A DNA stretch of 64,000 nucleotides from Gammaproteobacteria bacterium (GCA_965222155.1 CBDCTH010000012.1:2336001-2400000), one strand, 5' to 3'; positions 21,298 to 34,981 are shown, counted from the stretch's first letter. A program made the numbers and translations. Notes: generated from the sequence alone by a model not told the origin.

Positions 21298-21945
21298 TTA
21301 CGTTCCGGCTGACTTGAGCGCGGGCCTGACGATAAGCGTCCCGCCGGCGGCGCCCGGTACGGCGCCTTTGACAAGAACCAGGTTCCGTTCAGTATCAACC
21401 CTGACAACTTCCAGGTTCTGTGCCGTCCGTTTCACGTTGCCCATGTGCCCCGCCATCTTCTTGCCGGGGAAAACACGCCCCGGCGACTGGTTCTGACCTA
21501 TCGAACCGGGAGCCCGATGGGCACGGGAGTTGCCGTGAGTGTTACGCTGACTGCTGAAATTATGCCGTTTTATTACACCTGCGTAGCCTTTTCCAATTGA
21601 CTTGCCGGTCACGTCGACTTTCTGTCCGACCTTGAAAATATCTACCGTTATTTCGGATCCCGTACTCAATTCCCCGGCTTCTTTACCATCCAACCTGAAT
21701 TCATGCAGCCCCTCTGCAGATTCAACACCGGCCTTGGCCAGGGTTCCGGCCAGGGGCTTATTAATCAGGTTGCGGCGCTTGCTGCCATAAGAGACTTGTA
21801 CGGCGCGGTAGCCGTGTTGCTCCACAGTAGACAAGGAGGTAATCCTGTTAGGGTCGGCTTCGATCACGGTTACCGGCACAGACTGGCCTGTTTCCGTGAA
21901 TATCCGGGTCATACCCCGCTTTTTTCCTACTATTCCAATCGCCAT
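21298..21945 (-). CDS. rplC: 50S ribosomal protein L3
   Basis: [24 protein letters not shown]. Confidence 0.98.
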   Translation of the reverse strand: MAIGIVGKKRGMTRIFTETGQSVPVTVIEADPNRITSLSTVEQHGYRAVQVSYGSKRRNLINKPLAGTLAKAGVESAEGLHEFRLDGKEAGELSTGSEITVDIFKVGQKVDVTGKSIGKGYAGVIKRHNFSSQRNTHGNSRAHRAPGSIGQNQSPGRVFPGKKMAGHMGNVKRTAQNLEVVRVDTERNLVLVKGAVPGAAGGTLIVRPALKSAGT

Positions 21946-21961
21946 CTTTCTGACCCGTCTA

Positions 21962-22203
21962 ACCCGAATATTGCACCAGTGGATGCGATGATCGCGTAGG
22001 ATTTTTTGCGCTGGCGGGCGCCTGCGACCGAAAGCATAGCAGGAACTCTGGTTGAGGGAGCACGTGCCCGCCAGCGCAAAAAAGACAAGTGAGGGCGCAT
22101 CCAGCGCTGTTTGTCACGGCAACAAAATTTGAATTAGCCATATAACTATTTGATTGTACAATATTTTAGCCTTTTTACGAGCGAACTGGCGCAATATCCG
22201 GGT
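21962..22203. mobile_element. MITE-A copy 6 (between rpsJ and rplC)
   Basis: TIRs ACCCGAATATTGCACCAGT / ACTGGCGCAATATCCGGGT. Confidence 0.9.
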
Positions 22204-22217
22204 TAATCCTGTTATCC

Positions 22218-22532
22218 TCAGCTCAGCTTTATCTGGACGTCCACGCCCGCTGCGAGGTCAAGTTTCATTAACGCGTCAACCGTTTTATCCGTGGGGTTGA
22301 CGATATCCACCAGGCGCTTATGAGTCCTGATTTCATACTGATCTCTGGCATCCTTGTTGACATGGGGCGATATCAAAACGGTATAGCGTTCTTTTTTTGT
22401 CGGCAGTGGGATTGGCCCCTTGACCTGGGCGCCGGTGCGGCGCGCAGTCTCAACAATCTCGCGGGTCGACTGATCGATCAACCGGTGATCGAACGCCTTC
22501 AGCCTGATCCTTATAACCTGTTGTTCCGCCAT
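22218..22532 (-). CDS. rpsJ: 30S ribosomal protein S10
   Basis: [21 protein letters not shown]. Confidence 0.98.
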   Translation of the reverse strand: MAEQQVIRIRLKAFDHRLIDQSTREIVETARRTGAQVKGPIPLPTKKERYTVLISPHVNKDARDQYEIRTHKRLVDIVNPTDKTVDALMKLDLAAGVDVQIKLS

Positions 22533-22568
22533 AGTTATTTCACTCTATTCACAGTACCTGATGATTGC

Positions 22569-24674
22569 TTAGCTGGTATTTTTTTTCGTTATATCTTCCG
22601 CAATTCCAGGCGGAACGGGGGTATATTTCGCGAACTCCATCGTGTAAGTGGCGCGTCCCTGAGTGGCTGAACGTAACGCGGTGGCATAACCGAACATCTG
22701 CTCAAGCGGCACTTCCGCCTTGATGATCTTGCCGGCCGGGGAAGTCATAGTCTCTGACAAGATGCCGCGGCGGCGGCTCAAATCACCTGTCACCGAACCA
22801 AGGTAATCTTCCGGAGTCACGATTTCCACGCTCATGACCGGTTCCAGCAGGACCGGCGCGGCGCGCCCGGCGCCATCCTTAAAGCCCAGGGAGCCGGCTA
22901 TCTTGAAAGCCATTTCACTGGAATCCACTTCATGATAGGAGCCGTCGTACAAAGTGACTTTCACGTCCACCATCGGGTAACCGGCTATAACGCCGTTCTC
23001 CATTTGTTCCTGTATGCCCTTATTCACTGCCGGGATATAATCTTTGGGTACGGCGCCGCCGACAATCTTGTTTATGAACTCATAGCCGTGCCCGGGTTCC
23101 TGCGGCTCGATTTTCAGTATCACATGGCCGTATTGACCGCGCCCTCCGGTTTGACGTACAAACCTGCCTTCCGCTTTCTCCACCGGTTTTCTGATGGTTT
23201 CGCGATAGGCCACCCGCGGCTTGCCGACGTTGGCGTCAACCTTGAATTCCCGTTTCAACCGGTCCACGATAATCTCCAGGTGCAATTCACCCATTCCCGA
23301 GATTATGGTTTGCCCGGACTCATCATCGGTATGTACTCGAAATGAGGGATCTTCCTGCGCCAGTTTACCCAGGGCCATACCCATTTTTTCCTGGTCGGGC
23401 CTGGTTTTCGGCTCAACTGCGACGGAAATGACCGGGTCCGGAAATTCCATTTTTTCCAGGACAATTGCCTGACCCGCCGCACACAGTGTATCGCCCGTCG
23501 TGACGTCCTTAAGGCCCACCGCGGCGGCTATATCCCCCGCCCTGACCTCGCTTATTTCTTCCCGTGAATTGGCGTGCATCTGCAAAATCCGTCCGATGCG
23601 CTCTTTCTTGCTTCTCACGGAGTTTAACACCATGTCGCCGGATTTAAGTACGCCGGAATAAACCCGGAAAAAAGTCAGCGAACCGACAAACGGGTCGGTG
23701 GCAATCTTGAAGGCAAGCGCCGCAAACGGCTCGGTATCGGTGGAATGCCGGGTAATTTCAGTTTCGGAGGTATTCGTGAGTACGCCTGTTACGGCAGGAA
23801 CGTCATCCGGCGCAGGGAGGTAGTCAATAACGGCATCCAGCATACACTGGACACCTTTATTCTTGAACGCCGAACCACACAGCACCGGAACTATCTCATT
23901 TGCCAGGGTTCTTGCCCGGATGCCTTGTTTAATTTGTTGTTCCGACAAAACACCTTCTTCCAGGTACAACCCCATCAATTCTTCATCAGCCTCAGCGGCA
24001 GCTTCCACTACCTGTTCACGGGCCTCCTGACAGACGTCCACCATGTCTTCCGGGATATCTTTCTCGGTGAACTTCGTTCCCTTGCTCGATTCATCCCAGT
24101 AAATCGCCCTGCCGCGGATCAGGTCAACAATGCCCTGAAATTGATGTTCCGACCCTATCGGGAGTTGTAACGGAACGGCCGTGCTCCCCAGGCGCTCTTT
24201 TATCTGGTTGACAACCCTGAGGAAATCCGCGCCGGACCGATCCATTTTATTGACGAACGCCAATCTCGGCACATTATACTTGGTTGCCTGGCGCCATACG
24301 GTTTCCGACTGCGGCTCAACGCCGCCTACGGCGCAAAAAACGGCGCAGGCCCCGTCCAGTATTCTGAGAGACCTTTCAACTTCAATGGTGAAATCAACGT
24401 GTCCCGGCGTATCGATTATATTGATTCGATGTTCCCGGTATTGGCCGGCCATACCTTTCCAAAAACAGGTAGTCGCCGCGGAAGTGATCGTGATGCCCCG
24501 TTCCTGCTCCTGTTCCATCCAGTCCATAGTAGCGGCGCCGTCATGTACTTCACCTATCTTATGGGAAACCCCGGTGTAATACAGAATGCGCTCTGTGGTC
24601 GTCGTCTTACCAGCATCAATATGCGCCATGATGCCGATATTCCGATAACGTTCGATGGGGATACTACGCGCCAT
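22569..24674 (-). CDS. fusA: Elongation factor G
   Basis: [22 protein letters not shown]. Confidence 0.98.
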   Translation of the reverse strand: MARSIPIERYRNIGIMAHIDAGKTTTTERILYYTGVSHKIGEVHDGAATMDWMEQEQERGITITSAATTCFWKGMAGQYREHRINIIDTPGHVDFTIEVERSLRILDGACAVFCAVGGVEPQSETVWRQATKYNVPRLAFVNKMDRSGADFLRVVNQIKERLGSTAVPLQLPIGSEHQFQGIVDLIRGRAIYWDESSKGTKFTEKDIPEDMVDVCQEAREQVVEAAAEADEELMGLYLEEGVLSEQQIKQGIRARTLANEIVPVLCGSAFKNKGVQCMLDAVIDYLPAPDDVPAVTGVLTNTSETEITRHSTDTEPFAALAFKIATDPFVGSLTFFRVYSGVLKSGDMVLNSVRSKKERIGRILQMHANSREEISEVRAGDIAAAVGLKDVTTGDTLCAAGQAIVLEKMEFPDPVISVAVEPKTRPDQEKMGMALGKLAQEDPSFRVHTDDESGQTIISGMGELHLEIIVDRLKREFKVDANVGKPRVAYRETIRKPVEKAEGRFVRQTGGRGQYGHVILKIEPQEPGHGYEFINKIVGGAVPKDYIPAVNKGIQEQMENGVIAGYPMVDVKVTLYDGSYHEVDSSEMAFKIAGSLGFKDGAGRAAPVLLEPVMSVEIVTPEDYLGSVTGDLSRRRGILSETMTSPAGKIIKAEVPLEQMFGYATALRSATQGRATYTMEFAKYTPVPPGIAEDITKKNTS

Positions 24675-24695
24675 GGCTGACTAAATCTCCTGCTC

Positions 24696-25166
24696 CTACC
24701 ACCGGTAATGGGAAAAAGCCTTGTTGGCTTCAGCCATCTTATGGGTGTCTTCCCGCTTTTTTATCGCCGTCCCTTTGTTGTTCGATGCATCCATTATCTC
24801 GCCCGCAAGGCGCAACCCCATACTCTTCTCCCCACGTTTCTTGGATGCATCGACAAGCCAACGCATTGCCAGGGTCATACTGCGCTCGCTACGCACTTCG
24901 ATCGGGATCTGGTAAGTGGCGCCGCCTACCCGCCTGGATTTCACCTCGACGATGGGCTTTACATTACCCAGCGCCTGTATGAATACCTCCAACGAATCCG
25001 TTTTTTTCTTGGTGCTGATTTGATCCAGGGCGCCATAGACAATTCTTTCCGCGATGGATTTCTTGCCGCTACGCATAACCATATTGATAAACTTGGCCAA
25101 CACCTGATTGTGGTACTTCGGATCAGGCAGTATTTCCCTTTTTTCGGCTTCTCTTCTTCTGGACAT
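24696..25166 (-). CDS. rpsG: 30S ribosomal protein S7
   Basis: [22 protein letters not shown]. Confidence 0.98.
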   Translation of the reverse strand: MSRRREAEKREILPDPKYHNQVLAKFINMVMRSGKKSIAERIVYGALDQISTKKKTDSLEVFIQALGNVKPIVEVKSRRVGGATYQIPIEVRSERSMTLAMRWLVDASKKRGEKSMGLRLAGEIMDASNNKGTAIKKREDTHKMAEANKAFSHYRW

Positions 25167-25186
25167 GTCGCTTCTCTCGCTCCGTT

Positions 25187-25561
25187 TTACGACTTGGGCT
25201 TCTTGGCCCCGTACTTGGAACGCCGCTGGCGCCGGTCGGCTACTCCTGAGGTATCCAGGGTACCTCTGACCGTATGGTAGCGCACGCCGGGCAGGTCCTT
25301 GACCCTGCCACCCCGGATCAGGATAACGGAGTGCTCTTGCAGGTTATGTCCCTCTCCACCAATGTAGGTGGTTACTTCATGACCGTTAGTCAGCCGCACC
25401 CTGGCAACCTTACGCAGGGCTGAGTTGGGTTTCTTCGGTGTAGTGGTGTAGACGCGGATGCACACCCCACGCTTTTGTGGACAACTGTCCAAGGCAGGGA
25501 CGTTACTTTTTGCCTTTTGCCGTTTTCTCGGTTTACGCACCAACTGGCTGATTGTAGCCAT
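25187..25561 (-). CDS. rpsL: 30S ribosomal protein S12
   Basis: [21 protein letters not shown]. Confidence 0.98.
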   Translation of the reverse strand: MATISQLVRKPRKRQKAKSNVPALDSCPQKRGVCIRVYTTTPKKPNSALRKVARVRLTNGHEVTTYIGGEGHNLQEHSVILIRGGRVKDLPGVRYHTVRGTLDTSGVADRRQRRSKYGAKKPKS

Positions 25562-25765
25562 AAATATTCTTTAGTTGTATTCGGTTAGTTCAACCCTGTT
25601 TCATTCGAGGTTTCCTGCGGTACAGGGGGACCGGCGCGGTCCGGCACTTCTCAAATACACAGATTGATTGATTTAAACAAAAAAACAACCACTACATCGG
25701 TCGTTTTTACCCCTGAAAGGAAGGCCGAACCCAAATCGTCCTTTACCCTCCCAAAAAGAAGCGGA

Positions 25766-25795
25766 ATTATATTTCCTTACGGAACAGAATGTCAA
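25766..25795 (-). promoter_or_regulatory. sigma70 promoter of the str/S10 operon
   Basis: Minus strand TTGACA-N18-TATAAT upstream of rpsL. Confidence 0.75.
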
Positions 25796-25830
25796 GCAGA
25801 AAAAGTAAAGGAGAAAGTAAAAAGAGTAAA

Positions 25831-25925
25831 TAGGGGGACAGACCACGTTTTGAATTATGGGGACGGAATTAAGTATTGTGTCCCCATAATTACGAAAGAA
25901 GGGGACAGATTTGAAATCTGTCCCC
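25831..25925. repeat. Cluster of GGGGACAG/CTGTCCCC REP-like palindromes downstream of rpoC
   Basis: GGGGACAGACCACG, GGGGACGG...GTCCCC, GGGGACAGATTTGAAATCTGTCCCC. Confidence 0.8.
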
Positions 25926-25938
25926 GGTCGTGCAGAAT

Positions 25939-28900
25939 TTAAACCTGACCCACCCTGGCAATTTCCACAAGCTCTTCCCGGGACGGGGCCAGAATGATTA
26001 CCTCAGTTTCATCATCAGTTTCATTATCCATCACCTCATCTTCCCTGGCGCTGTCCTGTACCTCCAACTCATCCTCTGCGCGTTTTTTTCTACGTTCGGT
26101 ATGGTACGCCCGCCCGGTTCCTGCCGGGACCAGGCGCCCTACGATAACGTTCTCCTTCAATCCGCGCAGGTCATCGCGTTTGCCGTTGACACTGGCTTCA
26201 GTCAGTACCCGGGTGGTTTCCTGGAATGACGCAGCCGAGATAAATGATTCCGTAGACAGTGACGCCTTGGTGATACCAAGCAGCACAGGTTCCCATTGCG
26301 CCTCCAGCTTTCCTTTCGCCCGCAGCTGTTCGTTTTCTTCTACAACCCTGGCTTTCTCGGTCTGCTCGCCCTTCAGGAACACGGAATCACCAGGTTCCGT
26401 AATTTCCGCCTTACGCAACATCTGCCTGACGATAACTTCAATGTGTTTGTCGTTAATCCTGACACCCTGTAAGCGGTATACTTCCTGAATTTCATACACG
26501 ATGTAATTTGACAGCGCATGCACCCCCTTCAATCGGAGGATATCGTGGGGGGTTGGGGGACCATCGACCACGGCCTCGCCTTTTTCCACGTGTTCTCCCT
26601 CAAAGACGTTGATATGGCGCCATTTCGGTATGAGCAGTTCATGATTTTCTCCGTTACGGTCGGTAATCACCAGACGTTGTTTACCCTTGGTATCTTTACC
26701 GAAACTTACCGTGCCGGTTTCCTCCGCCAGTATTCCCGGTTCCTTGGGTTTTCTTGCTTCGAACAAATCTGCAACTCTGGGCAAGCCACCCGTGATATCA
26801 CGGGTTTTCAGGGATTCCTGAGGCATCCTGGCAATGACGTCTCCTACTTTCACCTCGGTGCCTTCCCGTACGGTAATCAAGGCTTTAGGCGGTAACGGAT
26901 AATGCGCAGGAATAGTCGTTTCAGGCAGGATCAACTGGACACCGTCCGCATCCACCAGTACGACGACCGGACGCATTTCCTTTGCGTCGCTACTGCGCTC
27001 CTTCGGATCCATGATCATCATGTTGGTCAATCCGGTTATTTCATCCACATGGCGCAATACGGTCTTACCTTCAACGATGTCGGCGAACTGGGCATGACCT
27101 GAGACTTCGGATATCACCGGGTGCGTGTGCGGGTCCCAGCTGGCGATTTTTGTACCGGGTTCAACCACGTTGCCATCATGCACAGTGAGCACGGCGCCGT
27201 AAGGCAGTTTATAGCGTTCGCGTTCTCTACCGACCTCATCCAGCAGGGACACATCTCCGGAGCGTGAGACGACGACTCTGTTGCCGCTCTCCTGCTCCAG
27301 CAGCTTGACGTTAACCAGGCGCACGGTGCCACCGTATTTCACATCGATACTGCTGATCGCAGCGGCCCTGGACGCGGCGCCGCCTATATGGAAAGTCCTC
27401 ATGGTCAATTGCGTGCCGGGTTCACCAATGGATTGCGCGGCTACCACGCCGACGGCTTCACCGATGTTCACGATATGGCCCCGCGCCAGGTCTCTGCCGT
27501 AACATCGCGCACAAATTCCGTAACGGGTCTCGCAGGTAATCGCCGAACGCACCACAACCTCATCTATACCGTTTTCGTCCATGAGGCCAACCATGTCTTC
27601 ATCCAGTAACGCGCCGGCAGGAATGAGGATATCATCGGAGGACCCGGGTTTTATGAGGTCGCTGGTGAGGACCCGACCCAATACTCTCTCGCGCAATGGT
27701 TCCACTACGTCTCCGCCTTCAATCAGCGAGGTCAATTTGACCCCGGCAATCGTGCCGCAATCATTTTCAGCAACAACGAGGTCCTGAGCAACGTCAACCA
27801 GGCGTCTGGTGAGATAACCGGAGTTGGCGGTTTTCAGGGCCGTATCAGCCAGGCCCTTGCGCGCGCCATGGGTAGAAATGAAGTACTGCAAGACATCCAG
27901 TCCTTCACGGAAGTTCGCGGTAATCGGCGTTTCGATAATAGAACCGTCCGGTTTTGCCATCAGTCCGCGCATCCCGGCCAGTTGCCTGATCTGGGCTGCG
28001 GAACCCCGTGCGCCGGAATCAGCCATCATGAAAATCGAATTGAAGGAAGGTTCCTCCACTTCATTGCCCTCCCTGTCCTGAACCGTTTCCACTCCCAGCT
28101 TGTCCATCATGGCCTTGGCCACCTGATCACTGGTATGTGACCAGATATCCACCACCTTGTTGTAGCGTTCACCGTTCGTGATCAGCCCTGAGGTATACTG
28201 CTGTTCGAACTGTTTGACCTGAGCTTCCGTCTTATCGATGATATCACTCTTATCCCCCGGCACGACCATGTCGTCGACACCGAAGGATACGCCGGACCGG
28301 GTTGAATAATGAAATCCCGTATACATCAACCGGTCGGAAAAGATAACGGTCGTTTTCAAACCGAGCCGTCGATAACAGTCGTTGACCAGCCTGGAAATCG
28401 AGCGTTTGTTCAATACCTGGTTGACCAGCGAAAACGGCAGTTCCTCGGGCATAATACGGGATAACAATGCCCGGCCTACCGTCGTTTCAACGCGTTCATG
28501 GCGCACCTGTTCCTCAGCGTCGTCAGCGCTTGTTTTTTGTTTGATACGCATGCTGATCTTTGCATGCAAATCAACCGCACCGCATTCATAGGCGCGATGG
28601 ACTTCATCCACGTCTACAAAAATCTTACCCGCTCCTTTTGCACCGGCGGACTCTCGAGTCATGTAATACAGCCCCAATACCACGTCCTGGGTCGGCACGA
28701 TGATGGGTTCGCCGTTAGCCGGCGAGAGGATATTATTGGTCGACATCATCAGGGTGCGCAATTCCAATTGGGCTTCAATGGAAAGCGGGACGTGCACTGC
28801 CATCTGGTCGCCGTCGAAATCCGCATTGAAAGCCGTACACACCAGGGGATGCAACTGGATGGCCTTACCCTCGATCAGCACCGGTTCGAAGGCCTGGATA

Positions 28901-30198
28901 CCGAGTCGGTGCAAGGTGGGCGCCCGGTTCAACATGACCGGATGCTCACGGATGACTTCTTCGAGGATATCCCAGACTTCCGGCCCCTCTCTTTCTACCA
29001 GCTTTTTTGCAGCCTTGATGGTAGTAGCCAGACCCCTTCCTTCCAACTTGCTGAAAATAAAGGGTTTGAACAACTCCAGCGCCATCTTCTTGGGCAGGCC
29101 ACACTGGTGCAGTTTCAAGGTCGGGCCCACCACGATGACGGAACGTCCGGAATAGTCAACCCGCTTACCCAGCAGGTTCTGACGGAACCGGCCCTGTTTG
29201 CCCTTGATCATGTCGGCCAGGGATTTCAAAGGCAGCTTGTTGGTGCCGGTGATGGCCCTGCCGCGCCGTCCGTTATCCAGCAACGCGTCAACTGCTTCCT
29301 GCAGCATGCGCTTCTCGTTGCGCACAATGATATCAGGCGCATTCAAATCCAGCAGCCGCTTCAGGCGGTTATTACGGTTGATCACCCGGCGGTAAAGGTC
29401 ATTCAGGTCGGAGGTGGCAAATCGACCGCCATCCAGTGGCACCAACGGCCGCAGATCCGGCGGCAATACCGGCAGCACTTCCATGACCATCCATTTCGGC
29501 TGATTGCCTGATCGTTGAAAAGCTTCCAGCAGTTTCAGACGTTTTGATAATTTCTTCAGTTTCGTATCCGACTTGGTCTGTGGTATTTCCTCACGTAACT
29601 GTTTGATTTCTGTATCGAGGTCTATATTGCCGAGCAGTTCGCGGATTGCCTCCGCACCCATCTTTGCCTCAAACTCATCGCCATATTGTTCTATGGCTTC
29701 AAGATAACTGTCTTCCGCAAGTAACTTCCCGCGCTCCAGTTGGGTCATGCCCGGATCAATCACGACATAGGCTTCAAAGTACAGTACCCGTTCTATTTCC
29801 CGCAGGGTCATATCCAGCAGCAGACCCATTCGAGATGGAAGTGATTTCAGGTACCATATATGCGCTACCGGGCTTGCCAATTCGATATGGCCCATGCGAT
29901 CGCGTCGCTCCTTTGACAAGGTGACTTCAACGCCGCATTTTTCACATTTCACGCCACGGTGTTTCAGGCGCTTGTATTTTCCGCAGAGGCACTCGTAGTC
30001 TTTGATGGGACCGAAAATTTTCGCACAAAACAATCCATCCCGTTCAGGCTTGAACGTCCTGTAATTGATGGTCTCCGGTTTCTTGACTTCACCCATTGAC
30101 CAGGAACGAATTTTTTCAGGCGACGCCAGACCGATGGCTATGGCGTCGAATTCCTCAACCTGGTTCTGTTGTCTCAGCAGCTTCAATAAGTCTTTCAA
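25939..30198 (-). CDS. rpoC: RNA polymerase beta' subunit
   Basis: [12 protein letters not shown] catalytic motif, Zn-finger CLCGK/CEKC. Confidence 0.99.
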   Translation of the reverse strand: MKDLLKLLRQQNQVEEFDAIAIGLASPEKIRSWSMGEVKKPETINYRTFKPERDGLFCAKIFGPIKDYECLCGKYKRLKHRGVKCEKCGVEVTLSKERRDRMGHIELASPVAHIWYLKSLPSRMGLLLDMTLREIERVLYFEAYVVIDPGMTQLERGKLLAEDSYLEAIEQYGDEFEAKMGAEAIRELLGNIDLDTEIKQLREEIPQTKSDTKLKKLSKRLKLLEAFQRSGNQPKWMVMEVLPVLPPDLRPLVPLDGGRFATSDLNDLYRRVINRNNRLKRLLDLNAPDIIVRNEKRMLQEAVDALLDNGRRGRAITGTNKLPLKSLADMIKGKQGRFRQNLLGKRVDYSGRSVIVVGPTLKLHQCGLPKKMALELFKPFIFSKLEGRGLATTIKAAKKLVEREGPEVWDILEEVIREHPVMLNRAPTLHRLGIQAFEPVLIEGKAIQLHPLVCTAFNADFDGDQMAVHVPLSIEAQLELRTLMMSTNNILSPANGEPIIVPTQDVVLGLYYMTRESAGAKGAGKIFVDVDEVHRAYECGAVDLHAKISMRIKQKTSADDAEEQVRHERVETTVGRALLSRIMPEELPFSLVNQVLNKRSISRLVNDCYRRLGLKTTVIFSDRLMYTGFHYSTRSGVSFGVDDMVVPGDKSDIIDKTEAQVKQFEQQYTSGLITNGERYNKVVDIWSHTSDQVAKAMMDKLGVETVQDREGNEVEEPSFNSIFMMADSGARGSAAQIRQLAGMRGLMAKPDGSIIETPITANFREGLDVLQYFISTHGARKGLADTALKTANSGYLTRRLVDVAQDLVVAENDCGTIAGVKLTSLIEGGDVVEPLRERVLGRVLTSDLIKPGSSDDILIPAGALLDEDMVGLMDENGIDEVVVRSAITCETRYGICARCYGRDLARGHIVNIGEAVGVVAAQSIGEPGTQLTMRTFHIGGAASRAAAISSIDVKYGGTVRLVNVKLLEQESGNRVVVSRSGDVSLLDEVGRERERYKLPYGAVLTVHDGNVVEPGTKIASWDPHTHPVISEVSGHAQFADIVEGKTVLRHVDEITGLTNMMIMDPKERSSDAKEMRPVVVLVDADGVQLILPETTIPAHYPLPPKALITVREGTEVKVGDVIARMPQESLKTRDITGGLPRVADLFEARKPKEPGILAEETGTVSFGKDTKGKQRLVITDRNGENHELLIPKWRHINVFEGEHVEKGEAVVDGPPTPHDILRLKGVHALSNYIVYEIQEVYRLQGVRINDKHIEVIVRQMLRKAEITEPGDSVFLKGEQTEKARVVEENEQLRAKGKLEAQWEPVLLGITKASLSTESFISAASFQETTRVLTEASVNGKRDDLRGLKENVIVGRLVPAGTGRAYHTERRKKRAEDELEVQDSAREDEVMDNETDDETEVIILAPSREELVEIARVGQV

Positions 30199-30243
30199 AG
30201 TTCACTACCTCCTAAGTAAGCAGCCCACTAATATTATTACCCG

Positions 30244-33200
30244 TCATTGATCGAGTTTTATATCAATACCCAGAGACTTGATTTCCTTCAACAAAACGTT
30301 GAAGGACTCAGGCATGCCTGCTTCTATCTGGTGATTACCGTCGACAATGTTTTTATACATTTTGGTACGGCCGTTTACGTCATCGGACTTGACCGTGAGC
30401 ATTTCCTGCAAGGTATAGGCCGCACCGTAAGCCTCCAGCGCCCAGACCTCCATTTCACCAAACCGCTGCCCGCCGAATTGCGCCTTGCCGCCCAGGGGTT
30501 GCTGGGTAACCAGGCTGTAGGGGCCGGTGGAACGCGCATGCATCTTGTCGTCCACCAGGTGATTCAGCTTCAACATATACATATATCCGACGGTGACCGG
30601 CCGGTCGAACGCATCTCCGGTCCTGCCGTCATACAAGATACTCTGACCATCGCGGTTCAGTCCGGCCAACTCAAGCATTTCCTTGATTTCCCGCTCGCTG
30701 GCCCCGTCAAAAACCGGAGTCGCTATCGGCACGCCGTCTCTGAGGTTCTCGGCAAGTTGCAGGATTTCCGCATCCGAGAGCGCGCTCAGAGATTCCTTCT
30801 TGCCGCCGCTTTCGTTATAGACCTTTTCCAGGAAGTCGCGCACCTGTTTGACTTTTTTACTGGCGTCAAGCAGGGCGCCGATGCGCCGGCCCAGACCCTT
30901 GGCCGCCCAGCCCAGATGTGTTTCCAATACCTGGCCGACGTTCATTCTTGAAGGTACGCCCAGGGGGTTCAGTACAATATCAACAGGCGTCCCATCCTCC
31001 AGGTAAGGCATGTCCTCAACAGGTATGATGGTGGAAATAACACCTTTATTCCCATGTCGTCCCGCCATTTTGTCACCCGGCTGAATATGCCGTTTGACCG
31101 CCAGATAAACCTTGACTATTTTCAATACTCCGGGAGCAAGATCATCCCCGGAAGTCAACTTATCCCGCTTGTCCTTGAACTTATCATCAAATTCCTCCTT
31201 CAACTGACGCAACCGGTGCGCGGTCTGCTCAAGCAGGCGGCTCAGTTCATTGCTGCGAAAACGGATTTCAAACCACTTCTCGCGCGGCGTTTCTGCCAGG
31301 AATTCACTTGTGATTGCAGTGCCGGACTTGTAACCGTTCGGGCCGCCGCTTGCCTTCTGTCCGACGAGGTGCCGTTCCAGCCGTTGATAAACCCCGTCTT
31401 CCATAATTCGCAACTGGTCATTCAAATCCTTTCTGACACGGTTCAACTCGGACTCTTCTATTTCCATGGCTCTTGAGTCTTTCTCCACGCCGTCCCGGGT
31501 AAATACCTGAACGTCTATGACCGTACCGTTCATACCTGACGGGACACGCAACGAGGTATCTTTAACATCGGATGCTTTTTCACCGAAAATAGCCCGTAAC
31601 AACTTCTCTTCCGGAGTGAGTTGTGTCTCACCTTTCGGCGTCACTTTCCCGACCAGGATATCCCCCGGACGAACTTCGGCGCCGACATACACGATACCGG
31701 ATTCGTCAAGTTTACTCAGGGCGCTCTCACTGACATTAGGAATATCCGCAGATATTTCTTCCGGGCCAAGCTTGATATCGCGTGCGACACAGTTGAGTTC
31801 TTCAATATGGATACTGGTGTAGCGTTCTTCCTTGACCAGGCGTTCGGAAATCAGGATGGAATCCTCAAAGTTATAGCCGTTCCACGGCATAAACGCGACC
31901 ATGAGGTTTTGTCCCAGGGCCAACTCTCCCAAATCGGTAGAAGGACCATCAGCCAGCACGTCTCCTTTAGATATCTTATCGCCGGGTATAACCAGCGGCT
32001 TCTGGTTAATACAGGTATTCTGGTTGGAACGGGTGTACTTGATCAGGTTATAGATATCGACTCCCGGCTCCCCGGACACGATTTCCTCATCATTCACCCG
32101 CACGACAATGCGGCTGGCATCTACGGAATCGACAATACCCCCGCGTCCGGAGATAACCGTGACACCTGAGTCCATCGCTACAGTCCGTTCTATGCCGGTG
32201 CCGACCAACGGCTTTTCCGCTCTAATCGTCGGTACCGCCTGGCGTTGCATGTTGGACCCCATCAACGCCCGGTTGGCGTCATCATGTTCAAGGAAGGGTA
32301 TCAATGCCGCGGCAACCGATACAATCTGTCTCGGTGATACGTCCATATATTCGACCTTGTCAGGGGTAGACATGGCGAACTCATCCTGATGCCGGCATGA
32401 AACGAGGTCGTCCACCAGTTTGCCGGCACTGTCCAGGTCGGAGTTAGCCTGTGCAATCACGTAGTCCCCTTCCTCAATGGCAGACAGATATTCAATCTCA
32501 CTGGTAACTTTTCCGTTATCCACCTTCCTGTACGGTGTTTCCAGAAACCCGTATTCGTTAGTGCGCGCGTACACGGCGAGGGAATTGATCAGGCCGATGT
32601 TGGGTCCTTCAGGGGTCTCAATGGGACATACCCTTCCATAGTGTGTCGGATGCACATCCCGTACCTCAAACCCGGCCCTTTCCCGGGTCAATCCGCCCGG
32701 ACCGAGCGCGGAAATACGCCGTTTATGGGTAATTTCCGATAGCGGGTTATTCTGGTCCATGAACTGGGACAACTGGCTGGAGCCAAAAAACTCCTTTACT
32801 ACCGCTGAAACGGGCTTCGCATTGATGATTTCCTGGGGCACCAGCCCCTCGGATTCCGCCAGGCTCAGACGATCTTTGACAGCTCGCTCCAGCCGTACGA
32901 GTCCGATCCTGAACTGGTTTTCCACCATCTCCCCGACGCTCCTGACCCGGCGGTTGCCCAGGTGGTCGATATCATCAACTGTGCCTTTACCGTTGCGAAT
33001 GTCCAGCAGGGTCTTCAACACGTCGATAATATCCGACGTATCGCCCAGTTCGGAATGTATTTCCTTGGATGACGCGTCATTGCGCTGACTGAAATATTTT
33101 CCGTCATAAATGACACCCGGGCCGGTTACTTCCTGGCGGTTGACCCGACGATTAAATTTCATCCGCCCTACTGCAGAAAGGTCATACCTTTCCAGGGTAA

Positions 33201-34389
33201 AAAACAGGTTCTTGAACAGGTTTTCAGCAGACTCTTTCGTCGGTGGCTCACCGGGGCGCATGACCCGGTAAATTTCAATCTGGGCTTCGTGTTGCGAGTC
33301 GGTCTGGTCCAAACGCAAGGTGTCGGAAATAAATGGTCCGCAATTCAAATCGTTGACATACAGGGTTTCCAGCTCCAGCTTGCCCAGTTTGTGCAAGTTC
33401 TCCAGAATCTCCGGCGTTATTTCACTGTTGGCCTGCGCCAGGATTTCGCCGGTTTCCGTATCAAATACGTCCTTGGCGAGAACCTTGCCCATAAGGTATT
33501 CCTCAGGCACTTTCAGTTCTTTCATGCCGCTTGTTTCAAGCACACGAACGTGCCGTACCGTAATGCGCTTATCACTTTCCACGATGACATTCCCGTCCTG
33601 GTCCATAATATCGAACGAGATCGTTTCGCCACGGAACCGTTCGGCAATGAGTTCAAGATAAATTCCGTCTTTATCTATCCTGAATCGGTCCGTTTCAAAA
33701 AAGATGTCCAGGATCTCCTGGGTTGTGTATCCCAGTGCCCGCAATAATATTGTTGCCAGAATTTTGCGACGTCTGTCAATCCGGCAATAAACCATGTCCT
33801 TTGGATCAAACTCAAAGTCCAGCCAGGATCCACGATAAGGAATCACGCGAGCCGAATACAGTAATTTCCCCGATGAGTGAGTCTTGCCCTTGTCACTTTC
33901 AAAAAATACCCCGGGCGACCGATGCAACTGGAAGACAATCACCCTCTCCGTCCCGTTGATCACAAAAGTCCCGGTATCAGTCATCAGGGGAAGTTCACCC
34001 ATGTACACTTCCTGCTCCCTGATATCCTTTACGATCTTGTTGCTCAGGCCTGCTTCCTTATCGTAAATAATCAGGCGCACCCTGGCCTTCAACGATGCTG
34101 CGTAAGTCATTCCCCGCAGTTTGCACTCTTTTACATCAAATGCCGGCTCGTCCAAGTTGTAACTGACATACTCCAGGGCGGCATTGCCGGAATGGCTGTC
34201 CATCGGAAAAACCGACTTGAACGCAGCATGCAACCCGGCGTCCACCCGATCTTCGGGCGCACAACTGGATTGCAGAAAATGCTCGTAGGAACTTCTTTGC
34301 GTCGCCAGCAGGTAAGGCACCTCCAATATGCTTTGTCTTTTACCAAAATCCTTACGCAGGCGTTTCTTTTCTGTATAGGAGTAGGTCAT
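30244..34389 (-). CDS. rpoB: RNA polymerase beta subunit
   Basis: [33 protein letters not shown]. Confidence 0.99.
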   Translation of the reverse strand: MTYSYTEKKRLRKDFGKRQSILEVPYLLATQRSSYEHFLQSSCAPEDRVDAGLHAAFKSVFPMDSHSGNAALEYVSYNLDEPAFDVKECKLRGMTYAASLKARVRLIIYDKEAGLSNKIVKDIREQEVYMGELPLMTDTGTFVINGTERVIVFQLHRSPGVFFESDKGKTHSSGKLLYSARVIPYRGSWLDFEFDPKDMVYCRIDRRRKILATILLRALGYTTQEILDIFFETDRFRIDKDGIYLELIAERFRGETISFDIMDQDGNVIVESDKRITVRHVRVLETSGMKELKVPEEYLMGKVLAKDVFDTETGEILAQANSEITPEILENLHKLGKLELETLYVNDLNCGPFISDTLRLDQTDSQHEAQIEIYRVMRPGEPPTKESAENLFKNLFFTLERYDLSAVGRMKFNRRVNRQEVTGPGVIYDGKYFSQRNDASSKEIHSELGDTSDIIDVLKTLLDIRNGKGTVDDIDHLGNRRVRSVGEMVENQFRIGLVRLERAVKDRLSLAESEGLVPQEIINAKPVSAVVKEFFGSSQLSQFMDQNNPLSEITHKRRISALGPGGLTRERAGFEVRDVHPTHYGRVCPIETPEGPNIGLINSLAVYARTNEYGFLETPYRKVDNGKVTSEIEYLSAIEEGDYVIAQANSDLDSAGKLVDDLVSCRHQDEFAMSTPDKVEYMDVSPRQIVSVAAALIPFLEHDDANRALMGSNMQRQAVPTIRAEKPLVGTGIERTVAMDSGVTVISGRGGIVDSVDASRIVVRVNDEEIVSGEPGVDIYNLIKYTRSNQNTCINQKPLVIPGDKISKGDVLADGPSTDLGELALGQNLMVAFMPWNGYNFEDSILISERLVKEERYTSIHIEELNCVARDIKLGPEEISADIPNVSESALSKLDESGIVYVGAEVRPGDILVGKVTPKGETQLTPEEKLLRAIFGEKASDVKDTSLRVPSGMNGTVIDVQVFTRDGVEKDSRAMEIEESELNRVRKDLNDQLRIMEDGVYQRLERHLVGQKASGGPNGYKSGTAITSEFLAETPREKWFEIRFRSNELSRLLEQTAHRLRQLKEEFDDKFKDKRDKLTSGDDLAPGVLKIVKVYLAVKRHIQPGDKMAGRHGNKGVISTIIPVEDMPYLEDGTPVDIVLNPLGVPSRMNVGQVLETHLGWAAKGLGRRIGALLDASKKVKQVRDFLEKVYNESGGKKESLSALSDAEILQLAENLRDGVPIATPVFDGASEREIKEMLELAGLNRDGQSILYDGRTGDAFDRPVTVGYMYMLKLNHLVDDKMHARSTGPYSLVTQQPLGGKAQFGGQRFGEMEVWALEAYGAAYTLQEMLTVKSDDVNGRTKMYKNIVDGNHQIEAGMPESFNVLLKEIKSLGIDIKLDQ

Positions 34390-34419
34390 TACGCGCCCTC
34401 TTCATGGAGAAAGGAAGGA

Positions 34420-34500
34420 AAGGGAACAGATATAAATCCGCCCCCGGCATTCTTGCCCGCGCGCTGCATAGGAGAGGGAACAGATATATATCTGTCCCTG
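34420..34500. repeat. Two degenerate GGGAACAGAT...ATCTGTCCC palindromes in rplL-rpoB spacer
   Basis: AGGGAACAGATATAAATCCGCCCC and AGGGAACAGATATATATCTGTCCCT. Confidence 0.65.
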
Positions 34501-34560
34501 TCGTTCTTTCCAGCGCGCCGGGGTATTACAGGTGCCGGCAAAAAATACACCTGAGTTGAA

Positions 34561-34941
34561 CTATTTAAGTTCAACCGTTGCGCCGGCCTCTTCCAGTTTC
34601 GTTTTCACCTCTTCGGCCTCCTCCTTGCCAACTCCTTCCCTGATAGGGGCAGGCACGCCTTCTACCAGTTCTTTTGCCTCCTTCAACCCCATGCCGGTAA
34701 GCGCACGCACTACCTTGATCACCGGAACCTTACTGCTGCCAAAACTGCTCATGACTACATCAAATTCGGTTTGTTCTTCAACTTCTTCCGCTGCAGCAGC
34801 AGGGCCGGCCGCGGCTACGGCTGCGACAGGCGCTGCGGCGGAAACGCCCCATTGTTCTTCCAGTTCCGAGATCAGACTAACCAGTTCCATGACCGGCATA
34901 CTGCTCAAGGCTTCTTTAATTTCATCTTTTGAAACGGACAT
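34561..34941 (-). CDS. rplL: 50S ribosomal protein L7/L12
   Basis: [18 protein letters not shown]. Confidence 0.98.
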   Translation of the reverse strand: MSVSKDEIKEALSSMPVMELVSLISELEEQWGVSAAAPVAAVAAAGPAAAAEEVEEQTEFDVVMSSFGSSKVPVIKVVRALTGMGLKEAKELVEGVPAPIREGVGKEEAEEVKTKLEEAGATVELK

Positions 34942-34981
34942 TTTTTACTCCTCTTTAATACGAATTGCTGAACTATATGGA

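Noticed and set aside
9288-22203. MITE-A copies as integron attC sites or group II intron fragments
   Set aside because: They separate core genes, have long TIRs without the RYYYAAC/GTTRRRY cassette layout, and no integrase, RT or domain V motif is visible.
28498-29511. Long antisense ORFs (also 44519-45532, 48519-49673, 50124-51143)
   Set aside because: Shadows of well-supported genes on the opposite strand with no recognisable motifs.
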